Below are positions 13,633-25,170 of a stretch of 64,000 bases of DNA, piece by piece. The notes beneath the pieces are model-generated. The model was not told the DNA's origin, did no database searches, and saw only the letters and a program-made list of their open reading frames with translations. The translations under genes were made by a program, and so were the position numbers. How positions within the stretch are numbered: position 1 is the first letter of the stretch; each line of letters starts with the position of its first letter. The DNA comes from Vicugna vicugna. Taxonomy: Eukaryota. Where the stretch lies: positions 631,985 to 695,984 of the forward strand of contig MU057887.1 of assembly GCA_013265495.1 (NCBI GenBank), read 5' to 3'.

Positions 13633-14549
13633 TATAGACAGATACATCCTGGTGCCTGGGGGCAGTTCTGGGAACACATGGGGACCCGGGTGCAGAGCTC
13701 CAGCCCCACAGGGTGGAGGCTGGGGGAGGGCTGGCTGGGGGCTGCTGCCTGCGGGCAGAGGCATCCTGGCTGGCAGTGCAGGGAAGCCGGGTGGGCCCCA
13801 CTGTCCCTGGGTGGGCACAGGTCAGGGGTGGCTCCTCCTGCCCTTGTTGGCTTTGGCTGAAGCCAGGGACATGTGGGGTCTACTGGGACTCACGCACCTG
13901 CTGCTCCCTCACCTGCCTACCCTTACAGCCTTGAGTGTGTCTCAGTCCTGGCAGGTGACAGTGCTCCTGTTGACACAAACCTTTCTGCATGTGTGTCCTT
14001 GGGTTTCCAAGGACTTTCTTCCCAGAGCCCCATCAGGGCTGGGAGACGTGGATGCCATAGCCCAGTGTCACTGTAGCCACCGTCCCTCACTCTGTGGCCT
14101 TGGGCCACCTACTCCACGTCTCTGGAGCTGTTTTCCCTGATTCTGGAAACTGAGGATGAGTGTTGGGAAGAACTGGACTTGATGAAGGATGAGAGGGTCT
14201 GGCCCAGGGCCAGCAATCAGCTCTTTCTGTTTTTTAAATAGATAGGGATTTCTTGTGGGTGAGGCTCATATCTCAGACAGGTGACTTGCGGCTCTGGCTG
14301 GGTCACCTGACTTCACTCCCAGACGTCACCCTGCATCCAGTCTTTCTCATTGAACACCGTCGAGCACCATCTGTACGCCAAGCGTCATGTGTGTGTCTCT
14401 GTGTGTGTCTCTGGATGAGTGGGGGGAGGGACACCCAAAGATGACAGCGATCCCAACCCCAAGGGGCTCCTCCTCCCAGGCCCTGCGTGCCACCCGGTGG
14501 GCCCTCACCCCACAGAGCCCTTGGCCTAGCCTGCCCCCTCCGCCCACAG

Positions 14550-14685
14550 GATGGTCCAGGAGCAATGCTGTCACAACCACCTGGAGGAGATGCACTGTGC
14601 CACGGGCATCAACCTGGCCAACGAGCAGGACAGCTGCGCCACACCGCGCGGTGACAATGCCAGCCTTGAGGCCATGTTCGTGAAG
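14550..14685 (+). CDS. FBLN1: FBLN1 exon 3 (136 nt): [45 protein letters not shown]
   Basis: cccacag| acceptor, AAG|gtgagg donor; in frame with exon 2; N-glycosylation sequon NAS. Confidence 0.96.
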
Positions 14686-16694
14686 GTGAGGACTTGGGCC
14701 CCTCCCACTCAGCAGCTACTTCTTCAGCAGCAGGGTGTGCCCAGCCAGGGGAGGAGGGACCACTCAAGTCTCCCCACCTCCTCCAGTTTATTCAGTAAAC
14801 CCCAGGCCCAGTCCAACACTGGGGAAGTGTTGGATGGAGTGACCCAGCCTTCCCCTGAAGACCCCCCAGTCCTGGGGCTTCCTACAGGAATGCAGAGGTC
14901 AGAGCAGGGGTTCCCTGGGCTTGGGGCCTTCTGAGCCCTCTTCTCAGTTCGAGGTAGGCATCCCTACCCAGGAGGCCCTCAGGCTTCTCTGCCCTCCAGA
15001 GCTACTCAGAGCTCAGAATGGGGTCCCACTGAAGCCTCTGGTAACACGTGACCTCCGTGACTGCCCTGGAAGAGAGAACTGAGGTTCAGAGATGCCCACA
15101 CTCCAAAGCAGCCTCTTAGCAGCCCTGACAAGGGGTCCTTTCAGGACCAGCAGGGGAGGGCCTGGTGAGGCAGAGCTGGGAGTGGGGTCCATCCAGAGGG
15201 AGCCCCGCCCTGAAGGTCAGCTGTGAGTGAATGATGTCATCCTTCCTGGGCCTCCAAGTCCAGGCCGTGTCGCTCAGGGCCTCTGTCACTGTGGAAGGCC
15301 TGTGTCTTTGCACAGATGTGGAGAAGTTCCTGAGAGCATGCCCAGGTCTGAGAACTGCAGATAAACTAGGCTGTCCCTCCCTTACCACCTCCTGAGGGAG
15401 AAAAACAGCCCGGCCAGAGGGGCTCAAGTTTGGAAAGTTAACTGCCCTGGTCATCTGGGTTTCTGTTGGAGGTGCCGGGTGATGAAAATGAATTCCCTGG
15501 AGGAAAGATGACCCGTTCCCAGTTAGGGAGCCCAGGGAGGAATTTCAAGGAGCAAGAATCAAGACTGAAGCAGGATCCCGGGAAGGGGCGCGTGGGCTCC
15601 TTTCTGGGGACTCTCTTCACACAGATGGGATGTGGCGGGAGATTCCACGTAGAGGGTCTGGGGTCTACAGCCCCTCTGCCCACCCTCAGCCTTTGTGGGC
15701 CTTCACGGGAGGAGGCTTCTGGTGTGAGAGAGCTGGGGGGAGGGGGGCCTGGTCAAGGGGACCTGGGAGCCAGGACCTTACGCATCCAGTGACGGCCTCC
15801 CAGGGAGGGCTGGGGCTCCACAGACACCGTCTGCCTGGCAGACACTTCTGCCCGTGTCCCCAGACTTGAGAGAAAGACATGGAACATTGTAACAGGAGTG
15901 GGGCAGATCACTTTGGCAGATGAGTGATTTGTGTTTCTGGGAAGGTAGACCTGAAAGGTGGAGGCGGTAACTAATGCTCCCACCCTTTCTGGCAGCGGGG
16001 GCTGTCGAGTGAGAGGCATGGAGACCCATCGACCCCCATGAAACTCAAGCAAAGCCACCCCTCCCCAGCTCCTGCTGTGGATCTTTTGGAAAGTTCCGTG
16101 CTTTTCTTAGAATCATAAGGACTGAAACAGGGCTTTTCATGGGCCAGGGTGAATGTTATCCCTGGGATTCGTGTATGACTTTTGGGGAACACTGTGTTTC
16201 CCAGCAACTCTGTCCCTCACTCGATGACTAGTCTTGAGGTTCCTTCCTGTTGCCCAAACCACCCTAACTGGGAGGAGGATGGTGCGGGGAAGAGACAAGG
16301 TGCATATTCATCCTTCCAGGCATAGTAGAGAAGTCCCAGACCACGCAAAAGACCCGGACCCTTAGGGAGCTCGTGTGTGAGCCCAAAAGTCCCCTCTCCC
16401 AGCCCCCTCTTCCTGGAGGTGGAAGCTGGGCCAGGTGGGGTGGTGGGGGGCAGTCAGGCATCGTGGCGCACCTGATGGGATATGGCTCTTTAAGGTTCCT
16501 GTCAAAACCAGGACCTGCGAGACTTGGGGGGAGGGGGTGGGCAGCAAGCCTCAGGCTTGGCTTGCTTTGCTGTTTATTTCCAACATTTAGAAGAGGTGGA
16601 CAAGTCAGAGTGAGTAAACAGGGATGAGAGGTTGTGGGGTTCCGCTGTGTCTTATATCTGGCTTCTCCATCTGGGGTCTCCGCTGTGTCTGCAG

Positions 16695-16866
16695 AGATGC
16701 TGCCACTGCTGCCTGCTGGGAAGGGCGGCCCAGGCCCAGGGCCAGAGCTGCGAGTACAGCCTCATGGTCGGGTACCAGTGTGGGCTGGTCTTCCGGGCGT
16801 GCTGTGTCAAGGGCCAGGAGGCCACAGACTTTGCCCCGGGGGACAATGGGGACCTTCAAGAGACAG
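16695..16866 (+). CDS. FBLN1: FBLN1 exon 4 (172 nt): RCCHCCLLGRAAQAQGQSCEYSLMVGYQCGLVFRACCVKGQEATDFAPGDNGDLQET
   Basis: tgtctgcag| acceptor, CAG|gtaatt donor; anaphylatoxin-like Cys pattern. Confidence 0.96.
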
Positions 16867-16900
16867 GTAATTTCCCTTCCCTTTCTTCCTTCTTGGGCAG

Positions 16901-17425
16901 TGCATTAGTCAGAATTATCCAGAGAAACAGAACCAATATGATGTGTACAAAGAGAGAGATTTATTTTTAAGTAATTGGATCACACAATTGTAGGGGCTGG
17001 CAGGTCTGAAATCTGCAGAGTGGGCCTGCAGATCAGAGGCCCAGGGGAGAGCTGATGTTGCAGCTTAAGCCCAAAGGCTGTCTGCTAGCAGAATTCCTTC
17101 TAGCTTGGGAGAGGTCTGTCTTTTTCTTAAGGCCTTCACCTGATTGGACGAGGCCCACCCACACAACAGGGCAATCTGCTTTAATCACAGTGTGCTGATT
17201 TAAATGTTAATCTCATCTAAAAATACTGTTACAGGGGATCGGGTTTAGCTCAGTGGTAGAGCTCATGCTTAGCATGCATAAGACCCTCGGTGCAATCCCC
17301 AGTACCTCCATAAAAAATTAATAATAATTAAAAAAAATACTGTCACAACCATATCCAGGTTAGTGTTGGACCAGATATCTGGGTACCATGTCCCAGCCAG
17401 GTGGACACATAAAACTGACCATTCC
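16901..17425 (-). mobile_element. ERVL LTR (MLT2-like) starting 35 nt after the exon 4 donor
   Basis: tgcattagtcag..ccagagaaacagaaccaat at one end and cacataaaactgaccat at the other; interrupted by a SINE. Confidence 0.75.
17234..17337 (+). mobile_element. tRNA-derived SINE (Vic-1-like) nested in an MLT2-like LTR
   Basis: Head TAGCTCAGTGGTAGAG, A-tail, target-site duplication aaaaatactgttaca / aaaaatactgtcaca. Confidence 0.92.
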
Positions 17426-19979
17426 AGGCAATGAGGGCGCATTCATCATTGCCTTACCTCAGCACAGATTGGTTCTCATTGTCAGAGCAGTTTCACATTC
17501 GTCACTGTCCTGGAGTGAAACTGAGGGCTTGGGATCTGGGATCCCACAAATCTGCATTCATGTCCCTGTCCTGACATGCATTTGGGCAAACTGATTGATC
17601 CAGACCTCAGGTCCCTCATCTGTGGAATGGGGATAATTACAGTCCTTACTACATCAGGTTGTTGGCAGGATTAAGTCAGAGAAGGGCTAGAAAGTGTTTG
17701 ACGGGGTGCCTGGCTCCGTGAACCCTAGCCTTTCTGACGCCCTCTCTCTCCATCTCGAGCTGATGGCGTGTAGACAAGAGGCTGGGGGGGGCACCAGTCA
17801 TTAATAGCAGACTGTGAGCTTTCAAATACTAGATATTTATTCAGCAAAGGGGCGAGTGACCCCAAGAGCAGCTTCAAGAGCGCTCCCAGCTGTGCGTCCA
17901 CCAGTTCAGCTCTCCACCCTCTATTTGTCCGAAGCCACATAAATCCTGAAGCCTTGGGGCTTGGTTCAGTTACATGGTTCAGGAAACTTCTAGCTTGTCT
18001 AATCATCTCTTCCACTTATGCAATGGTTTCCTGTGTCATAATGGAAAGAGCCCTGGAAAATTTCAGGCGTCTGCTCTGCTCCAAGCTTGCTGCGTGACTG
18101 GGACCTTGGCCTTCTCACTGTGAGCTCTGCCTGCCTTCTGTTAAAAGTGGGTAAGGGGCAGGCAGGGGTAGGAAGGAAGAGCTCGCAGACCAGTGGTCCC
18201 TAAGTCAGGCCATCCATTCCTGTGGCTTTGGGGTCTTGCGTCAAAAGACCGTTCTTCCATTCTTTGTTTTGATTTCTCAAGTCCAGGGCCCTGTGGATGC
18301 CATGGGGCTGATTTCAGCTATCTTAGTCATAAAGGGGAATTGGAACCACATTCTGGCTCCCTCCTTGACTTTTGAAATCAGAGATGACATTTTCCCTTTA
18401 AACAGATTCAGAGTATTCACCCTGGTGGAGAATTTCTCCTGCGTCTCTGATCTGGGCTCTCTGCTCTCCAGATGTCTTCTTTCTCCCTTGTCTTTCATCT
18501 GCTTCAGTTCTTGCTCCAGGCCTTCCTCTGTGTCTCTATGAGGACTTCCCTGTGGTTTCCTCCTCACCCACAGACCTGTCTTCCTCTCTTTCACTAACAT
18601 TTATTGTGGGCCTACTGTGTGCTACCACAGGGCCACACAGTGGGCCCACAGACCAATGCTGGCCTGAAACAAAATAAGTACAGATATTGAGAGTAAGCTT
18701 TTGAAAACATCTGTAAGCATTTGATAGAGTAACTCATGTCTGTTTAATCTAAATATAAAATCAGAGCTTATATGTCCTCTTAACTTTGCTGTTCTGATGA
18801 GCAGTTATTAAAATTTATCCAAGTATTGGTCTGAGACGAGGGAAGGAGCCTTGTTCCTTTGGGAAGAACTGTGCTCGGGCATATCTTGGTTATGTCCATT
18901 CCACAGATTGGGAGACTGAGGCTGTGGAGGCTTAGGGTCAAGATTCCTTTTCTAGCAGGAAGAGAAGTGGTTTTTCCCTGTAGGCTTGCTGGCCCCTGAA
19001 GAACACTGGAAACCTTGATGACCTCATCACCCATCTCACGAGTGACCTTGTCACTGTGAGTCCTTTGGAGGATGGGGTCTGGACACCCTGGCCTTTGTCT
19101 GGCACGTGGCAGGATTTTGCCGGGATGCATTGCACCAAGTGAATGAAGAGTCCCCAAATTAAAGATCCTGAGAAAGATGCTCCCAGACTCCTAACCTAGA
19201 GGCAACTCCCACCCTAAAGGTCTTTGGCTTATTTCCTCCCCAGCTGGAAAGTTCTTTGAATTATTTAGGGACCCTTATCATATTTTAATAGCCCCTAAAA
19301 AGTAACGCCTCATGCATAGTTGGCGTATATAAAGTGTTACATTGAAATTTACAGCAGAATTACTAACATGTTTCTTTTTACCGATGGTTATTATTCCAGT
19401 GTGCACGTATCATGCGCTCACTGTAGGCATTTTAGAAGACACAGAAAGGTAAAAGGAAGAGGAAGTTGACATGGAGATAAATGCTGTTTCCATTAGCTCA
19501 CATGTCCTTTCAGTCTTCTTTCTGGCTCCCTTCCTTCTCTCCTGTAAGCATGGCTGTGCCGGGGACACGCTTGGATTTGCGCTTTCCCGCCCCGCGTTGT
19601 GATGTGGTGGCTGTTGAACTGTGACTGACTTGTGGTCATTGTCGCTTCGTCCCGTGGAAGGTCCTCAGCATCACAGGGCGTGGCCTGCAAGTATTCTGGG
19701 GATTCTCCCCCCCCCAACCTTGGGTACATCCACTCGGATTAAAAGGACGAATCCATTTCTTATGGCAGAACTTCCAGTGGAATACCACCCTTTTAAATTA
19801 GGGCCCTGGTCCCCCACTGGGTGCCCTGATCCTATCCCCCTGTTGAATCTCCTGTTGAGAGTAGGGGCCTTATCTGTCCTTGACCCTCAGGGCAGGTGCT
19901 CAGACATCTTTGCTGAATGAGTTGTATGAGTGAATACTGATGCTAAATTGAGCTTTGCAGGCAAACTGTATAAAATAAG

Positions 19980-20382
19980 TGTATTTGTTTCCTGGGGCTG
20001 CAGGGATAAAGGACCTCAGACTGGGGGCTTAAACAACAAAAGTGGATGGTCTCATAGTTTGGAGGCTGGAACCTGAGGCCAAGGTGTCGGCAGGGCCGGC
20101 TCCTCCTGAGGGCTCCTCTGCCAGCTTCCGGCAGCCTCGGGTCTTCGGGGGCTTGTGGTTGACTGTCTTCTCCTGTTGCTTCCCATCGTTTTTCCTCTGT
20201 GTGTATCTGTCTCTTTTTCTAAATTTCTCCTTTCTGTAAGGACACTGATCATTGGCTCAGGACCCATCCTAATGACCTCATCTTAACTTGATCATCAGCA
20301 AAGCCCCTTCCCCCAAATCAGGTCACATTCCCAGGTACTGGGGGTTAGGACTGCAACGTCTTTGAGGGGGAACACAACTCAA
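19980..20382 (-). mobile_element. MaLR LTR (MLT1-like), approximate bounds
   Basis: tgtatttgtttcct..ggcttaaacaaca..taatgacctcatcttaacttg..ggtactgggggttaggact. Confidence 0.75.
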
Positions 20383-20758
20383 CTCAAAATCAGAAATGTT
20401 CACCAGGTGCATTGTTTTAGGTTTGGAGGACGTGACTTCATTTACAGTAGGGCTGTGACTGCATTTGCAGAAATATTCAAGTAACGTGGGCAGCGTAACC
20501 AGCCTTGGCGTTAGGTTGATGATCTCGGGCCCATGCGCCAGCACTGTTTCTGTTATAATAGGTCTTTTGGAGATTTAGCTACATCTATGTGTGTAAGTCT
20601 GTTTTAAAAAAAGATAAAACGAATGCTGAGCTGTTTATAAGATGTACAAACAGGCAGGACTGCCTGATATTTACAAGAAGAGAACGTATTCGGAGTCTGC
20701 GCCAAGTTAAGATGGCCACTGCGTGTGGACAAACGTGTCTTTGCCTCTCTCCCCTTAG

Positions 20759-20818
20759 CTAAGATTTCTGAGATGGAGGAGGAACAAGAGGACCCCTACC
20801 TGAATGACCGCTGCCGAG
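20759..20818 (+). CDS. FBLN1: FBLN1 exon 5 (60 nt), acidic linker: AKISEMEEEQEDPYLNDRCR
   Basis: ctctctccccttag| acceptor, GAG|gtgaga donor; not in the ORF track, read manually. Confidence 0.95.
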
Positions 20819-22261
20819 GTGAGACTGGTACCTCCCGATGGTTAATTAACCCCAAGGGAGAGTCACTGCTCATCTTGCTGGAAGCTTGACCCCAGGTTCT
20901 GCTCAGGGAAGTGCCCTTGGCTGGGAGGCAGCTGTAAGCCGCTGTCCTCCCGCACTCCCGGGCTCCCCGCTTGCCTGTCCTCCTAGCTGGGGCCTGGCAG
21001 GCAGCCGAGGGGGACGGTGGGCTTGTAGAGAAGGGGCCGGGGCCGTGTCGGTAGCTGGCTTTCAAAGCCCTCCCGCCGCAGCTCACAGACTTTGTGAACG
21101 GTGACCCCCCGAGGCTGGGAGCCCCTTTGGGCCCTGGGGCTCCACCGTGCCATCTGTAATATCCATTTGTCTCTCGAGGGAGACACTTGCAAGTTTAAAG
21201 TCGGTAGGGCTTTGCGGCTTCGTTTTCCATAGGGTAAGATTTTATTTCTCTTTAGGGGACATTCCTGCATGTCTGGACTGGCAGGGCTGCTCCACAGGGT
21301 TGTTCAGTGACTTGCCTTGTGCCTGGGCATTAATTAGGGAGCCAGTTTAATCACAAAATGCTGTGGTTCGGTGGACAGTGACAGATGGCACAGAGGCCTG
21401 GGGGTGGGGGGAAGGGGAGCAGAGAGCCCTGGAAAGACCCGTAATCCTCTTCTGGGGGAATAGGAGGGTCTTCCTGGGGGAGGGGGTAGCTGGTTTGCAG
21501 TGGGTGAGGATGGGTTAGCCAGGAAGGTGACATTGTCGGGGGTACTGGGCAGCGGGAGTGGAGACATGCAGACCCTCAGCTGGCTGGGCAGGGGGCCGTG
21601 GGGTTGGGGAGGAGTGGGGTGCAGGGATCGAGGAAGAGGATGGAGAAGTGGGCAGGGCCCGGCCAGCCCTGTGCAGCAGTAACAACTTTGTTTCATGGAG
21701 GTTTGTCCCCATGAGATGCTCTTCGAGCGTCACATTGGCTGCCCCATGGGAAACAAGGTCAGAGGGGTGGCACCCAGGATGCTCAGAGAGCCTGGGGGCG
21801 GGCGGCCAGAGCTGAGGCAGTGGCACTGGAAATGGGCTGGCAGGGCCGCCCTGAGAGATCTAGGGGGAGATGGGAGCCTCTTCAGGGCCTGGCGTCCCTG
21901 GGGAGGGGGACTGCACCCTGGGGAGGGGGACTGCACCCTCGGGGTCTGTGCTGGGCAGTGGCATCACACTCTTTTCTGCCTCGCCCCCTTCAGCTCCACC
22001 TCGACCTACAGGGACCACCCTGCGCGCCCCCGTCTGTCACCAGGGCCGGGACCGACGCGCAGCCTTGGGGATGCCAGAGCCCACCTGGGGCCTCCCTGGG
22101 AAGGGCGGGTGCTGTGCGGGCTGCAGCGGGCTCCAGCCGGGGAGCCTGCCTTTCTGTGTCATCCACCCTGTGGGCATGTCCTCTGGCCCCACCCAAACAC
22201 CCAGGTGACCAGAAGGTCTCCTGGCGCCCCTGGGCTCCGCCCACGTTCGCTCTGGTTGCAG

Positions 22262-22363
22262 GCGGCGGGCCCTGCAAGCAGCAGTGCCGAGACACCGGCG
22301 AGGAGGTCGCATGCTCCTGCTTCGTGGGCTACCAGCTGCTCTCCGATGGCGTCTCCTGCGAAG
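22262..22363 (+). CDS. FBLN1: FBLN1 exon 6 (102 nt), EGF1: [34 protein letters not shown]
   Basis: ttgcag| acceptor, AAG|gtaaac donor; phase 1-1. Confidence 0.96.
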
Positions 22364-23016
22364 GTAAACGTCGCTGCGCTCCGGGCGACGGCGGGATGGC
22401 AGGTCGCTGCGCTCGGGAACCCCTCCGCCTCTACTCCATATCCAGGCACGGCCCACTTTGCACCACTCTGGGCCCCATCCATAGGTGAAGAACGAGCCAG
22501 AGCTGGCTTCCGAGCGTTCCCTGGACCTGGAGTTTCCCTGGAGTTTGCAGCGTGTGGCTTCCACCACGACACTCACTGGGGAGGATATACACAGTGTGTT
22601 GGGAGACAGGGCTGGGCTTGGGGTCTGACCGAGCTCTGAATCCAGGATCTGCTGGATCCCTGGGCACATCCCCCAGCCTCTCTCGGCCCCTCATCAGGGA
22701 GGTAGGGGAGATGGAGGGAGGTGATAGCCCCGTGCAGGGTTCTTAAGGATCGCATGACTCCCATTCAGGGCCTGGCACGTGCTTAGCAGGTGCTCAGAAA
22801 AAGCAATAGATCTGAAACTCGGCGTGGGGGAGAAACCACCACTTTGGCTTTTGCTTTGATAGAGTGCCCAGGAGTCCGTGCCAGTGCCCGCCCCGAGTAC
22901 GCACGCACACGGGCGGCTCGGTGCATGCAGGGACCCCATCCCACTGGGCCTTCTGATAAAGCGCGAGGATCCGTTGTTCCTGTTGGTTACTCCTGCACGG
23001 CCTGTGTCTCTCCTAG

Positions 23017-23154
23017 ATATCAATGAATGCATCACGGGCAGCCAAAACTGCCGGCTTGGAGAATCCTGCATCAATACAGTGGGCTCTTTCCGCTGCCAGC
23101 GAGACAGCAGCTGTGGGACTGGCTATGAGCTCACAGAGGACAATAACTGCAAAG
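23017..23154 (+). CDS. FBLN1: FBLN1 exon 7 (138 nt), cb[49 protein letters not shown]
   Basis: tctctcctag| acceptor, AAG|gtataa donor; D-I-N-E-C and C-x-N-x4-F-x-C consensus. Confidence 0.97.
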
Positions 23155-24308
23155 GTATAATGAGCTCCAAGTCTAAAAACGTCACCCCACCACCTCCTGG
23201 GAGTAGACAGGATATGATGGGAGCAGGGGCACAGGGCTCCCCTGGGGTCTAGGCTCTGTGGTGCTGCGGCTGCCTGGGGCACTGGCCAACCCTGTTATTA
23301 GCGAAGATTTACTTTCTTGACCGTAATGCTGAGTTAATGACAGTGGAGGGTTTGGATTTCTGAAAAGGCTCAGAGCGTGGTCATTTAACAGCAAGACCAA
23401 AAATGAAATTCAGGTGCTCACTTGTGTTTCCAACCGCCTCCCCCAACCAAAAAAATTATTTTTTGCATAACAGCTGCCTTCCATCTGATTCCAGGCTCCC
23501 TTGAAGTTCAAAGCATATTCCTTTCCGCTGCATAAAAACATGACATTTCTGGCTGCTGGCTTTTCCCCGCCAAACCATAGATGTTATTTGGCAGATGAGC
23601 CTTTGAAGAGGATCTGTTAGAACATAGTTTTCTGCTGAGGGTTTCCAGGCCTTTAGGACGACAAAACCACTTGTGTAAAAATGTCGGTTGAATTATGAGG
23701 CTAATTCAAAAGCAAGTCACACCCTCCTGACGTCTGAGGGCCTTTGGGCAAGCCCAGCCCTCTCCACCCCTGCAGACTCACTGGGCGGTTTGGACCTAGA
23801 GGACCCAGGGGCCCAGCCAGCTGAGTATACACTTTTGAACATTTGACAGCCGTGAACTTGAAGGGAAGGGCAGCCAGCAGGTCCAATCATGACAATTGCC
23901 ATTGTTAATATCCGGAATATTGTGAGAACCTGAGAATGAATAAGTTTACGGAGACTGTTTATTACCACTAAGATAATCACTGCTTTGCAGTCTAAGCTAA
24001 ACATGCACTTAGCCTGAAATGAAAACCAAACCAAACCACGTATTGCCAGGAAAATGCCTGGGTTATTTATTTGCATCATAAGAGCCTTGGGAAAAAAGTC
24101 AGGGTTCCAAATCTTGAGCCACATGAGCGCCATTTGGCTAACTAAGGCCCTTTTTGTCTGTGACCTCTCTTGGAATGTTTTGGGTTATAGTCTGAGTAAT
24201 GAGCATTTAAAAAAAAAAGAAAAAAAAACTTTCTTGTGATTTTAAAGTGTTATAAGATGCTTCTGGCAGGACTGTTGCTAACAATTTCCTTTTTTTATGA
24301 TGTACCAG

Positions 24309-24446
24309 ATATTGACGAGTGTGAGAGTGGTATTCATAACTGCCTCCCCGATTTTATCTGTCAGAATACTCTGGGATCCTTCCGCTGCAGACCCAAGCTA
24401 CAGTGCAAGAGTGGCTTTATACAAGATGCTCTAGGCAACTGTATTG
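24309..24446 (+). CDS. FBLN1: FBLN1 exon 8 (138 nt), cb[49 protein letters not shown]
   Basis: gctaac branch candidate, T-tract, accag| acceptor, TTG|gtaaga donor. Confidence 0.97.
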
Positions 24447-24539
24447 GTAAGACACTGCCACCAGGGCTAGCGGGGTCCCCCAGGCGGGTGAGCCGTCCGG
24501 TGATGGGCCAAGTTTCTAGAATCTGGGGTGCTGGATACA

Positions 24540-24755
24540 GAACAGACTTGGCAAACTTTTTCTATAAAGAGCCGAGATCAAACACGTTAGGCACTGCGAG
24601 GTCTTAGTGGCAACTACTCAGCTCTGCTGTTGCAGCTGGAAAGCAGACATGGATATGTGAACAAATGGGCAGGCCCGTGTCCCAATAAAACTTTATTTAC
24701 ACAAACAGGCAGCAGGCTGGGTTTGGCTCCACGGCTGTAGTTTAGCAGCCCCTGG
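24540..24755. mobile_element. MER58-like hAT-Charlie element
   Basis: ggcaaactttttctataaag..caactactcagctctgc..ccaataaaactttatttaca. Confidence 0.8.
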
Positions 24756-24959
24756 TTTAGATGAAAGAGCTTGAGTTTTGAAGTCAGAGACGCTTGGTGC
24801 TGAACTGAGTGACCTAAGGTCATTTACTTACTCCCTCTGAGCCTCAATTTCCTCCTCTTTAAAATGGGGTTAACCAGAATATCTGGCTTGTAGGCCTGAG
24901 GCCAGGATTAAACAAGGTGATTGAGAAATGCCCCGTATATTAAAACCTGGTTTTAAAAG

Positions 24960-25170
24960 AACTCTGTGACCACTAGTCAAATTCATAGACAGAAAGAAGA
25001 ATGGTGGTTGCCGGGGGCCTGGGGGAGGCAGATGGGGAGTGTGTGCGTGGTAGGTGGCGTTCTGCTTGGAATGACGGAAAAGTTCTGTGGGTGGGCGGTG
25101 CTGATCACGGTCGCGTAACACTGTGAATGTGCTTAATGTCACTCATCTGTACACTGAAAAATGATTGAAG
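24960..25170 (+). mobile_element. Old L1 (L1MB-like) 3' UTR fragment
   Basis: caaattcatagacagaaag..gtggttgcc..gtgaatgtgcttaatgtcact. Confidence 0.75.

Noticed and set aside
21695..22639. 314-aa plus-strand ORF over exon 6
   Set aside because: Wrong frame relative to the EGF exon; GC-rich open frame with no domain.
23155..24308. Possible U12-type intron (donor GTATAA)
   Set aside because: Lacks the GTATCCT donor and TCCTTAAC branch consensus; treated as an ordinary U2 intron.
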